Part shown: piece by piece, positions 19,764 through 28,925 of the stretch
How the letters are laid out: every line of letters starts with the position of its first letter
Position numbering within the stretch: the first letter of the stretch is position 1
Source: Dermatophilaceae bacterium
GTDB lineage: Bacteria; Actinomycetota; Actinomycetes; Actinomycetales; Dermatophilaceae
Assembly (NCBI GenBank): GCA_036569625.1
Contig: DATCQG010000212.1
Span: 1 to 43,789 of the forward strand
Reading direction: 5' to 3'
DNA: 43,789 nt
Translations under genes and position numbers: made by a program
Notes under the pieces: model-generated
The model's database searches: none
Told to the model about the DNA's origin: nothing
What the model saw: only the letters and a program-made list of their open reading frames with translations

Positions 19764-20627
19764 ATGGGGTCGGTGAACGTCCTGAGCCAGCTGCGCCTGC
19801 GGCCGCGTCGGACGTTGCTTTCGGCCATCGTTCTCGTGTGCGTCCCCAGCTGGGCCATCCTTGGGTTCGCCGCCCGATCGCCGGCGGGGGGGTCGAGTAC
19901 TCCGACTCCGAAAGCCGCGACAACTTCCGCATCAGTCGCTTCGCCGGCTCCTGCCGTGTCCCTTGCGTCCGCCGTTGTCGTCGGAATCGGGGACTCGGTG
20001 ACCTCCGCGACAGTCTGCGGCTGCACCGGGTTCGTGGAGTCGTATGCCGCACACCTCCCGGCTGCTGATGGCGGCCCCGCCAGGGCTGAGAACCTCGGTG
20101 CCGGCGGCCTCACCGCTGCAGGGCTCCGAACCCTCATGACACAGCCCGGCCCCACCCCGACGAGTGTGGCGGAGGCGGACGTTCTGCTGGTCACCATCGG
20201 CGCGAACGACCTCACGCCGCTGCTCTCCCGGTGGCAGAGCTCGGGCTGCTCCAAGGCCTGCTACTCACCCGCGGTGGAGACCGTGGGCTCCGATCTGGGC
20301 GACATCCTGGCTGCGGCCAGGTCTCTGCGTGGCCACCGGCCAACCCGGGTTCTGGTGACGGACTACTGGAACGTCTTTGCCGACGGCGACGTCGCACGCG
20401 CCAGTGACGGACCGGCATACCTTCGCTGGAGCGACGAGCTCACCCGAGCGCTCAACGTCAGCATCTGCAATGCCGCCCGGAACGCTGGTGCTACGTGTGT
20501 TGACCTGTATGCGCCGTTCAAGGGTGACGGGAGCAAGAACCCCACAGAGCTGCTTGCCGCCGACGGGGACCATCCCAATGCAGCCGGCAACCAGGTGATC
20601 TCCTCGGCGCTGCTGGCTGCGTCATAG
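19764..20627 (+). CDS. Secreted SGNH/GDSL-family hydrolase
   Basis: Signal-like N-terminus. Block I VVGIGDSVTSA, block III TIGANDL, block V DGDHPNAAG. The stop overlaps the stop of the convergent gene by 6 nt. Confidence 0.8.
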   Translation: MGSVNVLSQLRLRPRRTLLSAIVLVCVPSWAILGFAARSPAGGSSTPTPKAATTSASVASPAPAVSLASAVVVGIGDSVTSATVCGCTGFVESYAAHLPAADGGPARAENLGAGGLTAAGLRTLMTQPGPTPTSVAEADVLLVTIGANDLTPLLSRWQSSGCSKACYSPAVETVGSDLGDILAAARSLRGHRPTRVLVTDYWNVFADGDVARASDGPAYLRWSDELTRALNVSICNAARNAGATCVDLYAPFKGDGSKNPTELLAADGDHPNAAGNQVISSALLAAS

Positions 20628-21587
20628 TCGCGCTCGTCCGTTGGCCAGCCCGGGGAACGCGGCCAGGGGAGCGCCCCAGCGAGATGCCATGGACTCCATC
20701 TCGCCCATCCAGCGCACCAGGGTGGCCAGGGCGTTCGCGTTACCCGCGGCCGGCTCAAGGGCTGCCGCCTGGCGGGTGAGCAGCGCCTCAAGGAGGTGCA
20801 GCGCGAGGCGCCGGGCACTGTCCGTGTCCGGGACCGGAAAGGGCAGCTCGTAGCCCAGCGGTGTTGGGGGGGCGGAGGACCCGACCAGCCTCTCCAGCTC
20901 GGTGGAGCGTGCGCGAAGAAGAACAAGGGTCGACATCGCCAGAGCCCGGCCTGTGCTGCCGATGTGCGTGGCGACGATCTCGAAGCCGTAGACCGCGGCC
21001 CTGGTGGCTTCCAGCAGCGCCGTCCCGCCAGCAACCTCCATCTGGGATGGTGCAACTGCCGAAACCCTGCCGCCGAGCAGAGTCACGGCCGCAAACCGCT
21101 GGGCCAGAAGGGAGCCGATCAGGGCGACGTGGGCCGTCGAAAGGTCAGCCAGAGAGATGCCGCTCACCGAGCCGCTCTCGGCAGCGGACAACACGCCAAG
21201 AGGCAGCGCCGGTGGTGACAGCACCGGCTGGGAAAGCACCCCCGTGGCCGACGAGCCGAACAGCGTGTCCGGTACACCGCCCTCCCGCAGCAAGCTCTCG
21301 ATCACGGCTACCTGGGTGGCGTGAACCGTGCTCAGCGGACCCGCGATCGACAGGGACGCACCCGCTACTTCGCCGGCCAGCGACCCCAACGACCTGGTGT
21401 CTTCGAGCACAGCCAACAGCGTCTTCTCGTCCTTCATCGGCACCCGGGTCGGGACGAGCGGGATACGCGGCGCGCCTTTCTCGAGCTGCACCCGGCATCC
21501 GGACAGTGCCGTTACCGACCCCGCCGCGAGCGCGACCAACAGCCGCCTGCGGGACCACAGGCTCGGCATACCGTCGTTCGCGGACAT
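20622..21587 (-). CDS. Ala/Leu-rich Tat-signal lipoprotein (possibly ferritin-like DUF4439 type)
   Basis: MSANDGMPSLWSRRRLLVALAAGSVTALSGC has a twin-arginine motif plus a lipobox. The rest is helical and Ala-rich. It is divergent from rimP, as the Ala-rich proteins are in mycobacteria (recalled). The ORF-track extension to 22259 is antisense to rimP and was rejected. Confidence 0.55.
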   Translation of the reverse strand: MSANDGMPSLWSRRRLLVALAAGSVTALSGCRVQLEKGAPRIPLVPTRVPMKDEKTLLAVLEDTRSLGSLAGEVAGASLSIAGPLSTVHATQVAVIESLLREGGVPDTLFGSSATGVLSQPVLSPPALPLGVLSAAESGSVSGISLADLSTAHVALIGSLLAQRFAAVTLLGGRVSAVAPSQMEVAGGTALLEATRAAVYGFEIVATHIGSTGRALAMSTLVLLRARSTELERLVGSSAPPTPLGYELPFPVPDTDSARRLALHLLEALLTRQAAALEPAAGNANALATLVRWMGEMESMASRWGAPLAAFPGLANGRARL

Positions 21588-21683
21588 GGGCTCGATGATG
21601 ACAGACTGGGGTCGACGACCACCGCGGGCAACAGGCGCGCGAGGTGGCGGCATTCGAGAAGAGCAGGGAAGCGGAGGCGGCAG

Positions 21684-22238
21684 GTGAGCAGTCAGGAACG
21701 CATTCGCAAAGTCCTGCTCGACCTCCAGGGCACGCCCGAGGCACCGGGCCCCCTTGGGCAGCTCGGCCTGGTCATCGAGGACGTGACGGTGACGCCCGTG
21801 GGCAAGCGGCGGCTGGTCCGTGCCTGGCTCGACCGTGACCTCTCGGGCCTCGACCCTGACGATGAGTCCAGCCTGATCGACCCACTCTCCCTCGACGAGG
21901 TCGCCGAAGCCACCCGGGCCATCAGTGCCGCCCTGGACGCCTCCGACGCGATGGGCGAAGCGCCTTACGTCCTCGAGGTCGGCTCGCCCGGCGTCGACCG
22001 TCCGCTCACTGCGCCTCGTCACTTCCGCCACAACGTGACGCGGCTCGTCGAGATCTCCCGTCACTCGGGCGATGAGCTCACCGGTCGCCTGGTCGCTGCC
22101 GGACCGACCCACGTGAGGGTGCTGGTGGCCGCGACCAAGAAAGAGCCAGAGACCGAGCTCCGTATTCCGTACGCCGACATCGTGCGCGCCCAGGTGCAGG
22201 TCGAGTTTGCCCGCCCCACCACGCAGGAGGACAGCTGA
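21684..22238 (+). CDS. rimP: Ribosome maturation factor RimP
   Basis: GTG 21684 is preceded by GGAGGCGG. Motif [14 protein letters not shown], immediately upstream of nusA. Confidence 0.85.
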   Translation: MSSQERIRKVLLDLQGTPEAPGPLGQLGLVIEDVTVTPVGKRRLVRAWLDRDLSGLDPDDESSLIDPLSLDEVAEATRAISAALDASDAMGEAPYVLEVGSPGVDRPLTAPRHFRHNVTRLVEISRHSGDELTGRLVAAGPTHVRVLVAATKKEPETELRIPYADIVRAQVQVEFARPTTQEDS

Positions 22239-23248
22239 TGGATATCGACCTGGCGGCACTGAAGGGTCTTGAGCGCGAGCGCGACCTTTCGCTGGACATC
22301 ATCATCCCGGCGATCGAGCAGGCGATGCTCGTTGCGTACCACCGCACCGAGGGCGCACGCCGCATCGCCCGGGTGGAGCTCGACCGCAAGACGGGTCATG
22401 TGACGGTCTGGGCCCGCGATGAGGGCGCCACCGACCCCGAGACCGAGGAGCGTTCCGAGCCCGGTCCCGAGTTCGACGACACCCCGGCCGGCTTCGGGCG
22501 GATCGCGGCCTCGACCGCCCGGCAGGTCATCGTGCAGCGGCTGCGGGACCTCGAGGACGAGGCGATCATGGGTGACTTCCATGGCCGCGAGGGCGACATC
22601 ATCACGGGCGTCATCCAGCAGAGCAGCGACCCGCGCTATGTGATGGTCGACCTCGGGGCCATCGAAGGGTCGCTACCGCTGGCCGAGCAGGTGCCGGGGG
22701 AGAAGTACGTCCACGGCGAGCGCCTGAGGTGTTTCGTGGTCAGCGTGAAGCGCGGCCAGCGCGGACCCCAGATCAGCCTGTCGCGCAGCCACCCCAACCT
22801 GGTGCGCAAGCTGTTCGCGCTCGAGATCCCCGAAGTGGCTGACGGCACGGTGGAGATCGCAGCGATCGCACGCGAGGCCGGGCATCGAACCAAGGTGGCC
22901 GTGCACTCGAAGATTCCCGGCGTCAACGCCAAGGGCGCCTGCATCGGTCCGATGGGGGCCCGGGTGCGCGCGATCATGACCGAGCTGCACGGCGAGAAGA
23001 TCGACATCGTGGACTTCTCCGAGGACCCGCGCGCCTTCGTGGCGGCGGCGCTGTCTCCCTCACGGGTCAACTCGGTCGAGATCGTCGACCCCGACCTGCG
23101 TTCCGTGCGGGTGATCGTCCCTGACTACCAGCTCTCCCTGGCCATCGGCAAGGAGGGTCAGAACGCCCGTCTGGCTGCGAAGCTGACCGGCTGGCGGATC
23201 GACATCAGGTCGGACACCGCGCCTGCTGGCGCAGAGGATGAGCACTAG
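22238..23248 (+). CDS. nusA: Transcription termination/antitermination factor NusA
   Basis: The ATG overlaps the rimP stop. S1-like segment [10 protein letters not shown], then KH repeats [18 protein letters not shown] and [23 protein letters not shown]. Confidence 0.95.
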   Translation: MDIDLAALKGLERERDLSLDIIIPAIEQAMLVAYHRTEGARRIARVELDRKTGHVTVWARDEGATDPETEERSEPGPEFDDTPAGFGRIAASTARQVIVQRLRDLEDEAIMGDFHGREGDIITGVIQQSSDPRYVMVDLGAIEGSLPLAEQVPGEKYVHGERLRCFVVSVKRGQRGPQISLSRSHPNLVRKLFALEIPEVADGTVEIAAIAREAGHRTKVAVHSKIPGVNAKGACIGPMGARVRAIMTELHGEKIDIVDFSEDPRAFVAAALSPSRVNSVEIVDPDLRSVRVIVPDYQLSLAIGKEGQNARLAAKLTGWRIDIRSDTAPAGAEDEH

Positions 23249-23259
23249 GCGGTAGACTG

Positions 23260-23646
23260 GTGGAGATCGATCGGTTGCGACGGATCCGTCAGCGGCCAAC
23301 CCATGGCACGGCACGAACGTGTGTGGGCTGCCGTCGTCGCGATGTTCGATCCGCATTGTTGCGAGTTGTCGCGGAGCGCAACGACACCGGTGAGCAGATC
23401 GCCAGGGTTGTTGTCGATCAGCGGCTCCGGCTGCCAGGGCGTGGAGCTTGGTTGCACCCGACACCGGAATGTCTCGACCTCGCTGTGCGGCTCAAAGCGT
23501 TCGGGCGGGCCTTGCGAGTCAAGACTCTTCTCGATGCGGCGGCCGTCAGGGCGTACATCGAGGCACGTGAACAGTCCGACGTCCAGATTCCTGAATCCGA
23601 AGGCGGGTTTGACGCTGATGAGCACCCGATGAGTACTCACTCATGA
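23260..23646 (+). CDS. ylxR: YlxR/DUF448-family RNA-binding protein
   Basis: Motifs RTCVGCRRR...LLRVV...PGRGAWLHP...AFGRAL, in the canonical position between nusA and infB. The start (GTG 23260 or TTG 23275) is uncertain. Confidence 0.8.
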   Translation: MEIDRLRRIRQRPTHGTARTCVGCRRRDVRSALLRVVAERNDTGEQIARVVVDQRLRLPGRGAWLHPTPECLDLAVRLKAFGRALRVKTLLDAAAVRAYIEAREQSDVQIPESEGGFDADEHPMSTHS

Positions 23647-23715
23647 GCAACACCCAGTACTAAAGACGGCCCGTGCTTCATCTCGATTTGTCCGGGCCAT
23701 AGACAGAGGAGAAAC

Positions 23716-26547
23716 GTGGCTAAGGTCCGGGTCTACGAGCTCGCGAAGGAGCTCGGAGTCGAGAGCAAGATATTGCTCAACCATCTGAAGGAAAGCGGCG
23801 AGTTCGTCCGGTCGGCGTCTTCGACCATCGAGCCGCCGGTCGTCCGCAAGATTCGCGAGACGTTCCCCGTCGAGCATCCCGCCGCTGAGGCCGCGGATGG
23901 CAAGGGCAGCGCGAAGAAGCCTGCCGCCAAGAAGACGGCGCTCAAGGCGCCGGTTTCGGAGGTTGCGGCTGCCCCCGTCGTAGCCGTTGCTCCCGCAGCT
24001 CCCGTTGTCGCGGCGCCCGCGGCAGCCTCGGTGACCGCGCCCGAGGCCTCCGCTCCTGCGGCCGGCCCAACGCCTGGCCCCAGGGCATCCGCTCGTCCGG
24101 CTGTCGAGACTCCTTTTGCCGGCACCCCCGAGGCACCTGCGGCGCGCGAGGGTGTTGCCGACCCAGCTGCTCGCCCGGCGCCCCGCCCCGGAGCGCCTCG
24201 CCCGGGCAACAACCCGTTCGCACCGAGCCAGGGCATGCCTCGAGGTGGCCGCGAGGCCCGCGAGCCCCATGAGACCCGGGACACCTCCCCGCCCGCTGCC
24301 CGGCCGGGAAACAACCCGTTCGCGCCGAGCCAGGGCATGCCCCGTCCGCAGGGTGGCCGCCCGGCTCCGGCGGGGGCCGGTGGTCCTCGTCCCGGTGGTC
24401 CGCGGCCAAACCCGGGCATGATGCCCGATCGCACAGCGGTCGGTCGCCCCGGTGAGCGCCCCGCACGTGGTGGCGCCCCCGGTCGCCCCGGCGGCGGTGG
24501 CGGTTTCGCCGGTCGCCCCGGTGGCGGTGGCGCCCCCGGTGGTGGTGGCGGTTTCGCCGGCCGTCCCGGTGGTGGCGGCGGTCGTCCCGGTGGACCCGGT
24601 GGACGCGGTGGCACCCAGGGTGCCTTTGGTCGTGGTGGCGGGCGTCCGGTTCGCGGCCGCAAGTCCAAGCGCGCGAAGCGCCAGGAGTTCGAGCAGATGC
24701 AGGCCCCGTCGCTCGGCGGTGTCACGGTTCCCCGCGGCGACGGCAAGACCGTCGTACGGGTGCGCCGCGGTTCCTCGCTGACCGACTTCGCCGACAAGAT
24801 CAATGCCAACCCGGCGAGCCTGGTCACGGTGCTCATCCACCTCGGTGAGATGGCCACAGCCACGCAGTCCCTGGATGAAGAGACGTTCCGTGTGCTGGGA
24901 GCCGAGCTCGGCTACCTGGTCGAGGTCGTCTCTCCGGAGGACGAGGAGCGCGAGCTGCTGGGTCAGTTCAACATCGACCTGGATGCCGAGCTGGCTGACG
25001 AGGGCGACGAGGACCTCCAGGCCCGACCGCCGGTTGTGACCGTCATGGGTCACGTCGACCACGGAAAGACCAAGCTGCTTGATGCGATCCGCCATGCTGA
25101 GGTCGCACTGGGCGAGGCCGGCGGCATCACCCAGCACATCGGTGCCTATCAGGTCTACACCGAGCACGAGGGCGTCGAGCGCGCCATCACCTTCATCGAC
25201 ACCCCCGGTCACGAGGCTTTCACGGCCATGCGTGCTCGTGGCGCCAGCGTCACCGACATCGCGATCCTCGTGGTCGCTGCCGATGACGGCGTCATGCCGC
25301 AGACGATCGAGGCGCTCAACCACGCTCAGGCCGCTGGTGTGCCGATCGTCGTGGCGGTCAACAAGGTGGACAAGCCCGGGGCCAACCCCGACAAGGTCCG
25401 CCAGCAGCTCACCGAGTACAACCTCGTTGCGGAGGAGTACGGCGGCGACACGTTGTTCGTCAACGTCTCTGCCAAGGAGCGCACGAACATCGACGCCCTC
25501 CTGGAGGCAGTGCTCCTGACTGCTGATGCGGGGCTCGACCTGCGGGCCAACCCGAACAAGGATGCTCGCGGTGTGGCCATCGAAGCCCACCTCGACAGGG
25601 GTCGTGGCCCGGTTGCCACGGTTCTGGTCCAGTCGGGGACGCTCCGTGTCGGTGACTCGATCGTGGCCGGCGGTGGCTACGGCCGCGTCCGCGCCATGCT
25701 CGACGAGCACGGCGGCCTGGTCGAAGAGGCCACGCCGGCCCGTCCGGTGATGGTGCTGGGTCTGACCTCGGTGCCCGGTGCCGGCGACACCTTCCTGGTG
25801 GCGCCCGATGACCGGACAGCCCGCCAGATCGCCGAGCGCCGTGAGGCGGCCCAGCGTGCGGCCAGCCTGGCCAAGCGTCGCAAGCGGATCAGTCTCGAGG
25901 ACCTCAACGAGGCGCTGGCCGCGGGCAAGGTCGACAACCTCAACCTCATCCTCAAGGGTGACGTGTCGGGTTCTGTCGAAGCGCTCGAGGATGCACTGCT
26001 CAAGATCGACGTCGGCGACGATGTCGATCTGCGGATCATCCACCGCGGTGTGGGAGCGATCACCCAGAATGACGTCAACCTGGCGACGGTCGACAGCGCG
26101 GTCATCATCGGCTTCAACGTCAAGCCCGCTGAGCGGGTCGCAGAGCTGGCCGACCGCGAGGGCGTTGACCTGCGGTTCTACTCGGTCATCTACTCGGCCA
26201 TCGAGGACATCGAGTCAGCACTCAAGGGCATGCTCAAGCCGGAGTACGAGGAGATCAAGCTGGGCACCGCCGAGGTGCGCGAGGTCTTCAAGTCCTCGAA
26301 GTTCGGCAACGTCGCAGGTTCGCTGGTTCGTTCCGGAGAGCTCAAGCGCGGGACCAAGGCCCGGATCATCCGGGACGGCACCGTCGTCGCCGAGGGCATC
26401 GAGATCACCGGTCTACGTCGCTTCAAGGATGACGTGACCGAGGTTCGCGAGGGCTTCGAGTGCGGCATCAACCTCGGCAGCTTCAACGACATCAGGGTTG
26501 ACGACATCATCGAGACCCACGAGATGCGCGAGATCCCGCGCGCTTGA
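23716..26547 (+). CDS. infB: Translation initiation factor IF-2
   Basis: GGAGGAGAAAC precedes GTG 23716. N-terminus [15 protein letters not shown], followed by a long Pro/Gly/Ala-rich linker. G domain: [20 protein letters not shown]. Confidence 0.97.
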   Translation: MAKVRVYELAKELGVESKILLNHLKESGEFVRSASSTIEPPVVRKIRETFPVEHPAAEAADGKGSAKKPAAKKTALKAPVSEVAAAPVVAVAPAAPVVAAPAAASVTAPEASAPAAGPTPGPRASARPAVETPFAGTPEAPAAREGVADPAARPAPRPGAPRPGNNPFAPSQGMPRGGREAREPHETRDTSPPAARPGNNPFAPSQGMPRPQGGRPAPAGAGGPRPGGPRPNPGMMPDRTAVGRPGERPARGGAPGRPGGGGGFAGRPGGGGAPGGGGGFAGRPGGGGGRPGGPGGRGGTQGAFGRGGGRPVRGRKSKRAKRQEFEQMQAPSLGGVTVPRGDGKTVVRVRRGSSLTDFADKINANPASLVTVLIHLGEMATATQSLDEETFRVLGAELGYLVEVVSPEDEERELLGQFNIDLDAELADEGDEDLQARPPVVTVMGHVDHGKTKLLDAIRHAEVALGEAGGITQHIGAYQVYTEHEGVERAITFIDTPGHEAFTAMRARGASVTDIAILVVAADDGVMPQTIEALNHAQAAGVPIVVAVNKVDKPGANPDKVRQQLTEYNLVAEEYGGDTLFVNVSAKERTNIDALLEAVLLTADAGLDLRANPNKDARGVAIEAHLDRGRGPVATVLVQSGTLRVGDSIVAGGGYGRVRAMLDEHGGLVEEATPARPVMVLGLTSVPGAGDTFLVAPDDRTARQIAERREAAQRAASLAKRRKRISLEDLNEALAAGKVDNLNLILKGDVSGSVEALEDALLKIDVGDDVDLRIIHRGVGAITQNDVNLATVDSAVIIGFNVKPAERVAELADREGVDLRFYSVIYSAIEDIESALKGMLKPEYEEIKLGTAEVREVFKSSKFGNVAGSLVRSGELKRGTKARIIRDGTVVAEGIEITGLRRFKDDVTEVREGFECGINLGSFNDIRVDDIIETHEMREIPRA
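24201..24344 (+). repeat. In-frame imperfect direct repeat inside infB encoding [15 protein letters not shown] twice
   Basis: cccgggcaacaacccgttcgcaccgagccagggcatgcctcg (24201-24242) versus gccgggaaacaacccgttcgcgccgagccagggcatgccccg (24303-24344). Confidence 0.85.
24491..24578 (+). repeat. In-frame G-rich direct repeat inside infB encoding [13 protein letters not shown] twice
   Basis: ggcggtggcggtttcgccggtcgccccggtggcggtgg (24491-24528) versus ggtggtggcggtttcgccggccgtcccggtggtggcgg (24541-24578). Confidence 0.85.
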
Positions 26548-26588
26548 TCGTTGCTCACCGTGTTCTCGGTGATGAGGAAGGTAGGACC

Positions 26589-27059
26589 ATGGCTGATCCC
26601 GCACGCGCGAAGAAGATTGCAGACCGTATCAAGGTGCTGGTTGCCGAGACCTTGGAGTACCGCGTCAAGGACGAGCGGCTCGGCTTCGTCACGATCACCG
26701 ATGTCCGGGTGACCGGCGACCTGCAGAACGCCTCGGTCTTCTACACGGTGTTCGGTGACGAGGCTCAGCGCGCCGAGAGTGCGGCGGCGCTCGAGTCGGC
26801 AAAGGGCAAGCTCCGCTCGGCGGTGGGCAAGGGCATCGGCATCCGGCTCACCCCGACGCTGGAGTTCATCCCTGATGCGCTGCCGGACGGCGCTGCCTAC
26901 CTCGAGGACCTGCTGGTGAGCGCCAAGGCGCACGACGCCGAGGTTGCGGCCGCCTCTACCGGTGCGGCCTATGCGGGTGAGGCCGATCCGTACAAGAAGC
27001 AAGTCGAAGAAGACACAGCTGAAGAAGGCGCAGATGAGGAAGACGCCGCCAAGGCATGA
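26589..27059 (+). CDS. rbfA: Ribosome-binding factor A
   Basis: GAGGAAGG precedes ATG 26589. Motif [47 protein letters not shown], with an acidic C-terminal tail. Confidence 0.9.
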   Translation: MADPARAKKIADRIKVLVAETLEYRVKDERLGFVTITDVRVTGDLQNASVFYTVFGDEAQRAESAAALESAKGKLRSAVGKGIGIRLTPTLEFIPDALPDGAAYLEDLLVSAKAHDAEVAAASTGAAYAGEADPYKKQVEEDTAEEGADEEDAAKA

Positions 27060-27973
27060 CCACCCCTGACGGGCTGCTCATCGTCGACAAGCCGGCCGGA
27101 TGGACCAGTCACGATGTCGTTGCCCGCACTCGACGGCTCTGTGATACCCGAAGGGTCGGCCATGCGGGGACACTGGACCCGATGGCCACCGGTGTCCTCG
27201 TGCTCGGCATCAATCGCGCCACCAAGCTCCTGACGTTCCTCGTGGGCGCCGACAAGACCTACACGGCGACCATCCGCCTCGGACAGTCCACCATCACCGA
27301 TGACGCCGACGGCGAGATCGAGACGACCCACGATGTCGCTTCTCTGACCGCCGAGGCGGTTCACGCGGGGGTGGCCGCCCTCACGGGCCAGCTCGCCCAG
27401 GTGCCCAGCTCGGTCAGCGCGATCAAGGTCAACGGGCAACGGTCGTATGCACGGGTGCGCGCCGGGCAGGACGTCATCCTGCCTGCCCGCCCGGTCACCG
27501 TCCGCCGGTTCGACATCCTCGATCATCGGGTCGTGCAGGGGCTGCAAAAGCACAGGGTCTGGGATCTCGACGTCGTGGTGGAGGTGTCGTCCGGCACCTA
27601 CATCCGCGCGTTGGCCCGGGACCTGGGCGCAGCCCTGGGAGTGGGTGGGCACCTCACCGCACTGCGGCGTACCCGCGTCGGGAGGTTCGGGATCGAGGAC
27701 GCGCACTCGCTGACTTCTCTCGAGATCGCCAGCGAGGCTGACGGAATACCGGTGATCCCGCTCGCTGCTGCCGCACGGGCCTCCTTCGACGTTCGCGAGC
27801 TGAGCGAATCCGAGGCAACCGCGATCGGCTACGGCCGGCGGATCTCCTCCCAGCTCGCCGGGCGCAGCCAGCCCGTGGGAGCCTTTGCCCCCGACGGACA
27901 CCTGGTGGCAATGCTCGACGAGAGCGGTTCTCTGGCCAAGGCCCGGGTCGTCTTCGCTCCGTTGGGTTCGTAG
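27056..27973 (+). CDS. truB: tRNA pseudouridine(55) synthase
   Basis: ATGA overlap with rbfA. Motifs [17 protein letters not shown] and the catalytic [14 protein letters not shown]. Confidence 0.93.
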   Translation: MTTPDGLLIVDKPAGWTSHDVVARTRRLCDTRRVGHAGTLDPMATGVLVLGINRATKLLTFLVGADKTYTATIRLGQSTITDDADGEIETTHDVASLTAEAVHAGVAALTGQLAQVPSSVSAIKVNGQRSYARVRAGQDVILPARPVTVRRFDILDHRVVQGLQKHRVWDLDVVVEVSSGTYIRALARDLGAALGVGGHLTALRRTRVGRFGIEDAHSLTSLEIASEADGIPVIPLAAAARASFDVRELSESEATAIGYGRRISSQLAGRSQPVGAFAPDGHLVAMLDESGSLAKARVVFAPLGS

Positions 27974-27974
27974 A

Positions 27975-28925
27975 GTGTCCCACGTGCTGCGATGGTCCGA
28001 CCTCTCCCAGATCCCCCACGGCTACGGCCCCAGCGTGGTGACGCTGGGCAACTTCGACGGCGTGCACAAGGGACATCGCGCCGTGCTGTCCACCGTGGTC
28101 GAGCATGCTGCCGCGCGGGGTGCCAAGTCGGTGGCGGTGACCTTCGACCCGCATCCACTTGCGCTTCTTCACCCGGAGCGGGCCCTGCAGATGATCACGT
28201 CCACCGACCAACGTCTCGACCTCCTCTCGGCCGCGGGGCTGGACGCCGTGCTGGTCATGGAGTTCACCCGTGAGCTGGCCCGATGGACCCCGGAGCGTTT
28301 TGTCGTCGACGTCTTCGTCAAGGCCCTGGGTGCGAGCCTTGTCGTCGTGGGCGAGGACACCCGGTTCGGCATCCGCAACTCAGGTGACGTCGCCACATTG
28401 AGGCGGCTCGGTGCCGAGCACGGTTTCGAGGTGCTCACCCTGGCCGACGTCGGCAACGGGGGCCGTTGGTCCTCCAGCCGCGTTCGCGAGCTCGTCACCA
28501 AAGGCGATGTGCGTGGAGTGGAGGAGGTCCTGGGACGGTCGCACCGGATGGCAGGCGAGGTTGTTCACGGCGATCACAGGGGTCGCGAGCTCGGTTACCC
28601 GACGGCGAACCTGAGCCAGGGGGCAACGGGGCTGATCCCTGCCGACGGCGTCTACGCGGGCTTTTTGATCCGACCGACGCTGCCCGACGGCGATCCCGAC
28701 CACAGGCTGCCGGCCGCGATCTCGATCGGCACCAACCCGACCTTCGGCGGAACCCACCGCCGGGTCGAGGCGTACGTCCTGGATCGCACCGACCTCGACC
28801 TCTATGGTGAGACCGTGGTTGTCGAGTTCATCGAACGACTGAGGCCGACGGAGAAGTTCGACTCCGTCGAGGCGCTGCTGGTGCAGATGGCCGATGACGT
28901 CAAGCGCTGTCGGGCGCTGCTGTGA
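27975..28925 (+). CDS. ribF: Bifunctional riboflavin kinase / FMN adenylyltransferase
   Basis: GTG 27975 (or 27984) lies just after the truB stop. Motifs VTLGNFDGVHKGH and the kinase domain GDHRGRELGYPTANL...RVEAYVLD. Confidence 0.92.
   Translation: MSHVLRWSDLSQIPHGYGPSVVTLGNFDGVHKGHRAVLSTVVEHAAARGAKSVAVTFDPHPLALLHPERALQMITSTDQRLDLLSAAGLDAVLVMEFTRELARWTPERFVVDVFVKALGASLVVVGEDTRFGIRNSGDVATLRRLGAEHGFEVLTLADVGNGGRWSSSRVRELVTKGDVRGVEEVLGRSHRMAGEVVHGDHRGRELGYPTANLSQGATGLIPADGVYAGFLIRPTLPDGDPDHRLPAAISIGTNPTFGGTHRRVEAYVLDRTDLDLYGETVVVEFIERLRPTEKFDSVEALLVQMADDVKRCRALL

Noticed and set aside
20622-20627. 6-nt stop-to-stop overlap of the convergent SGNH hydrolase and lipoprotein genes as a regulatory feature
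   Set aside because: A TCATAG overlap of two stop codons is common in compact GC-rich genomes and carries no further structure. It is noted only in the feature evidence.
21588-22259. Upstream extension of ORF 20622..22259 that would give a 545-aa protein
   Set aside because: The extension is antisense to rimP and lacks a protein-like sequence. A Tat/lipoprotein signal (SRRRLLVALAAGSVTALSGC) begins right after ATG 21587, which marks the real N-terminus.
24450-24620. G-rich short repeats that superficially look like a repeat array
   Set aside because: They are in frame inside infB, encode Gly/Pro-rich linker sequence, lack unique spacers of regular length, and have no cas genes nearby. This is not a CRISPR array.
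23641-26043. 800-aa ORF on the minus strand, the longest antisense ORF in the track
   Set aside because: It lies entirely antisense to infB, whose IF-2 motifs are unambiguous. Its translation is Arg/Gly/Ala/Thr-rich low-complexity sequence with no recognisable motifs. Long stop-free antisense frames are expected in very GC-rich coding DNA.
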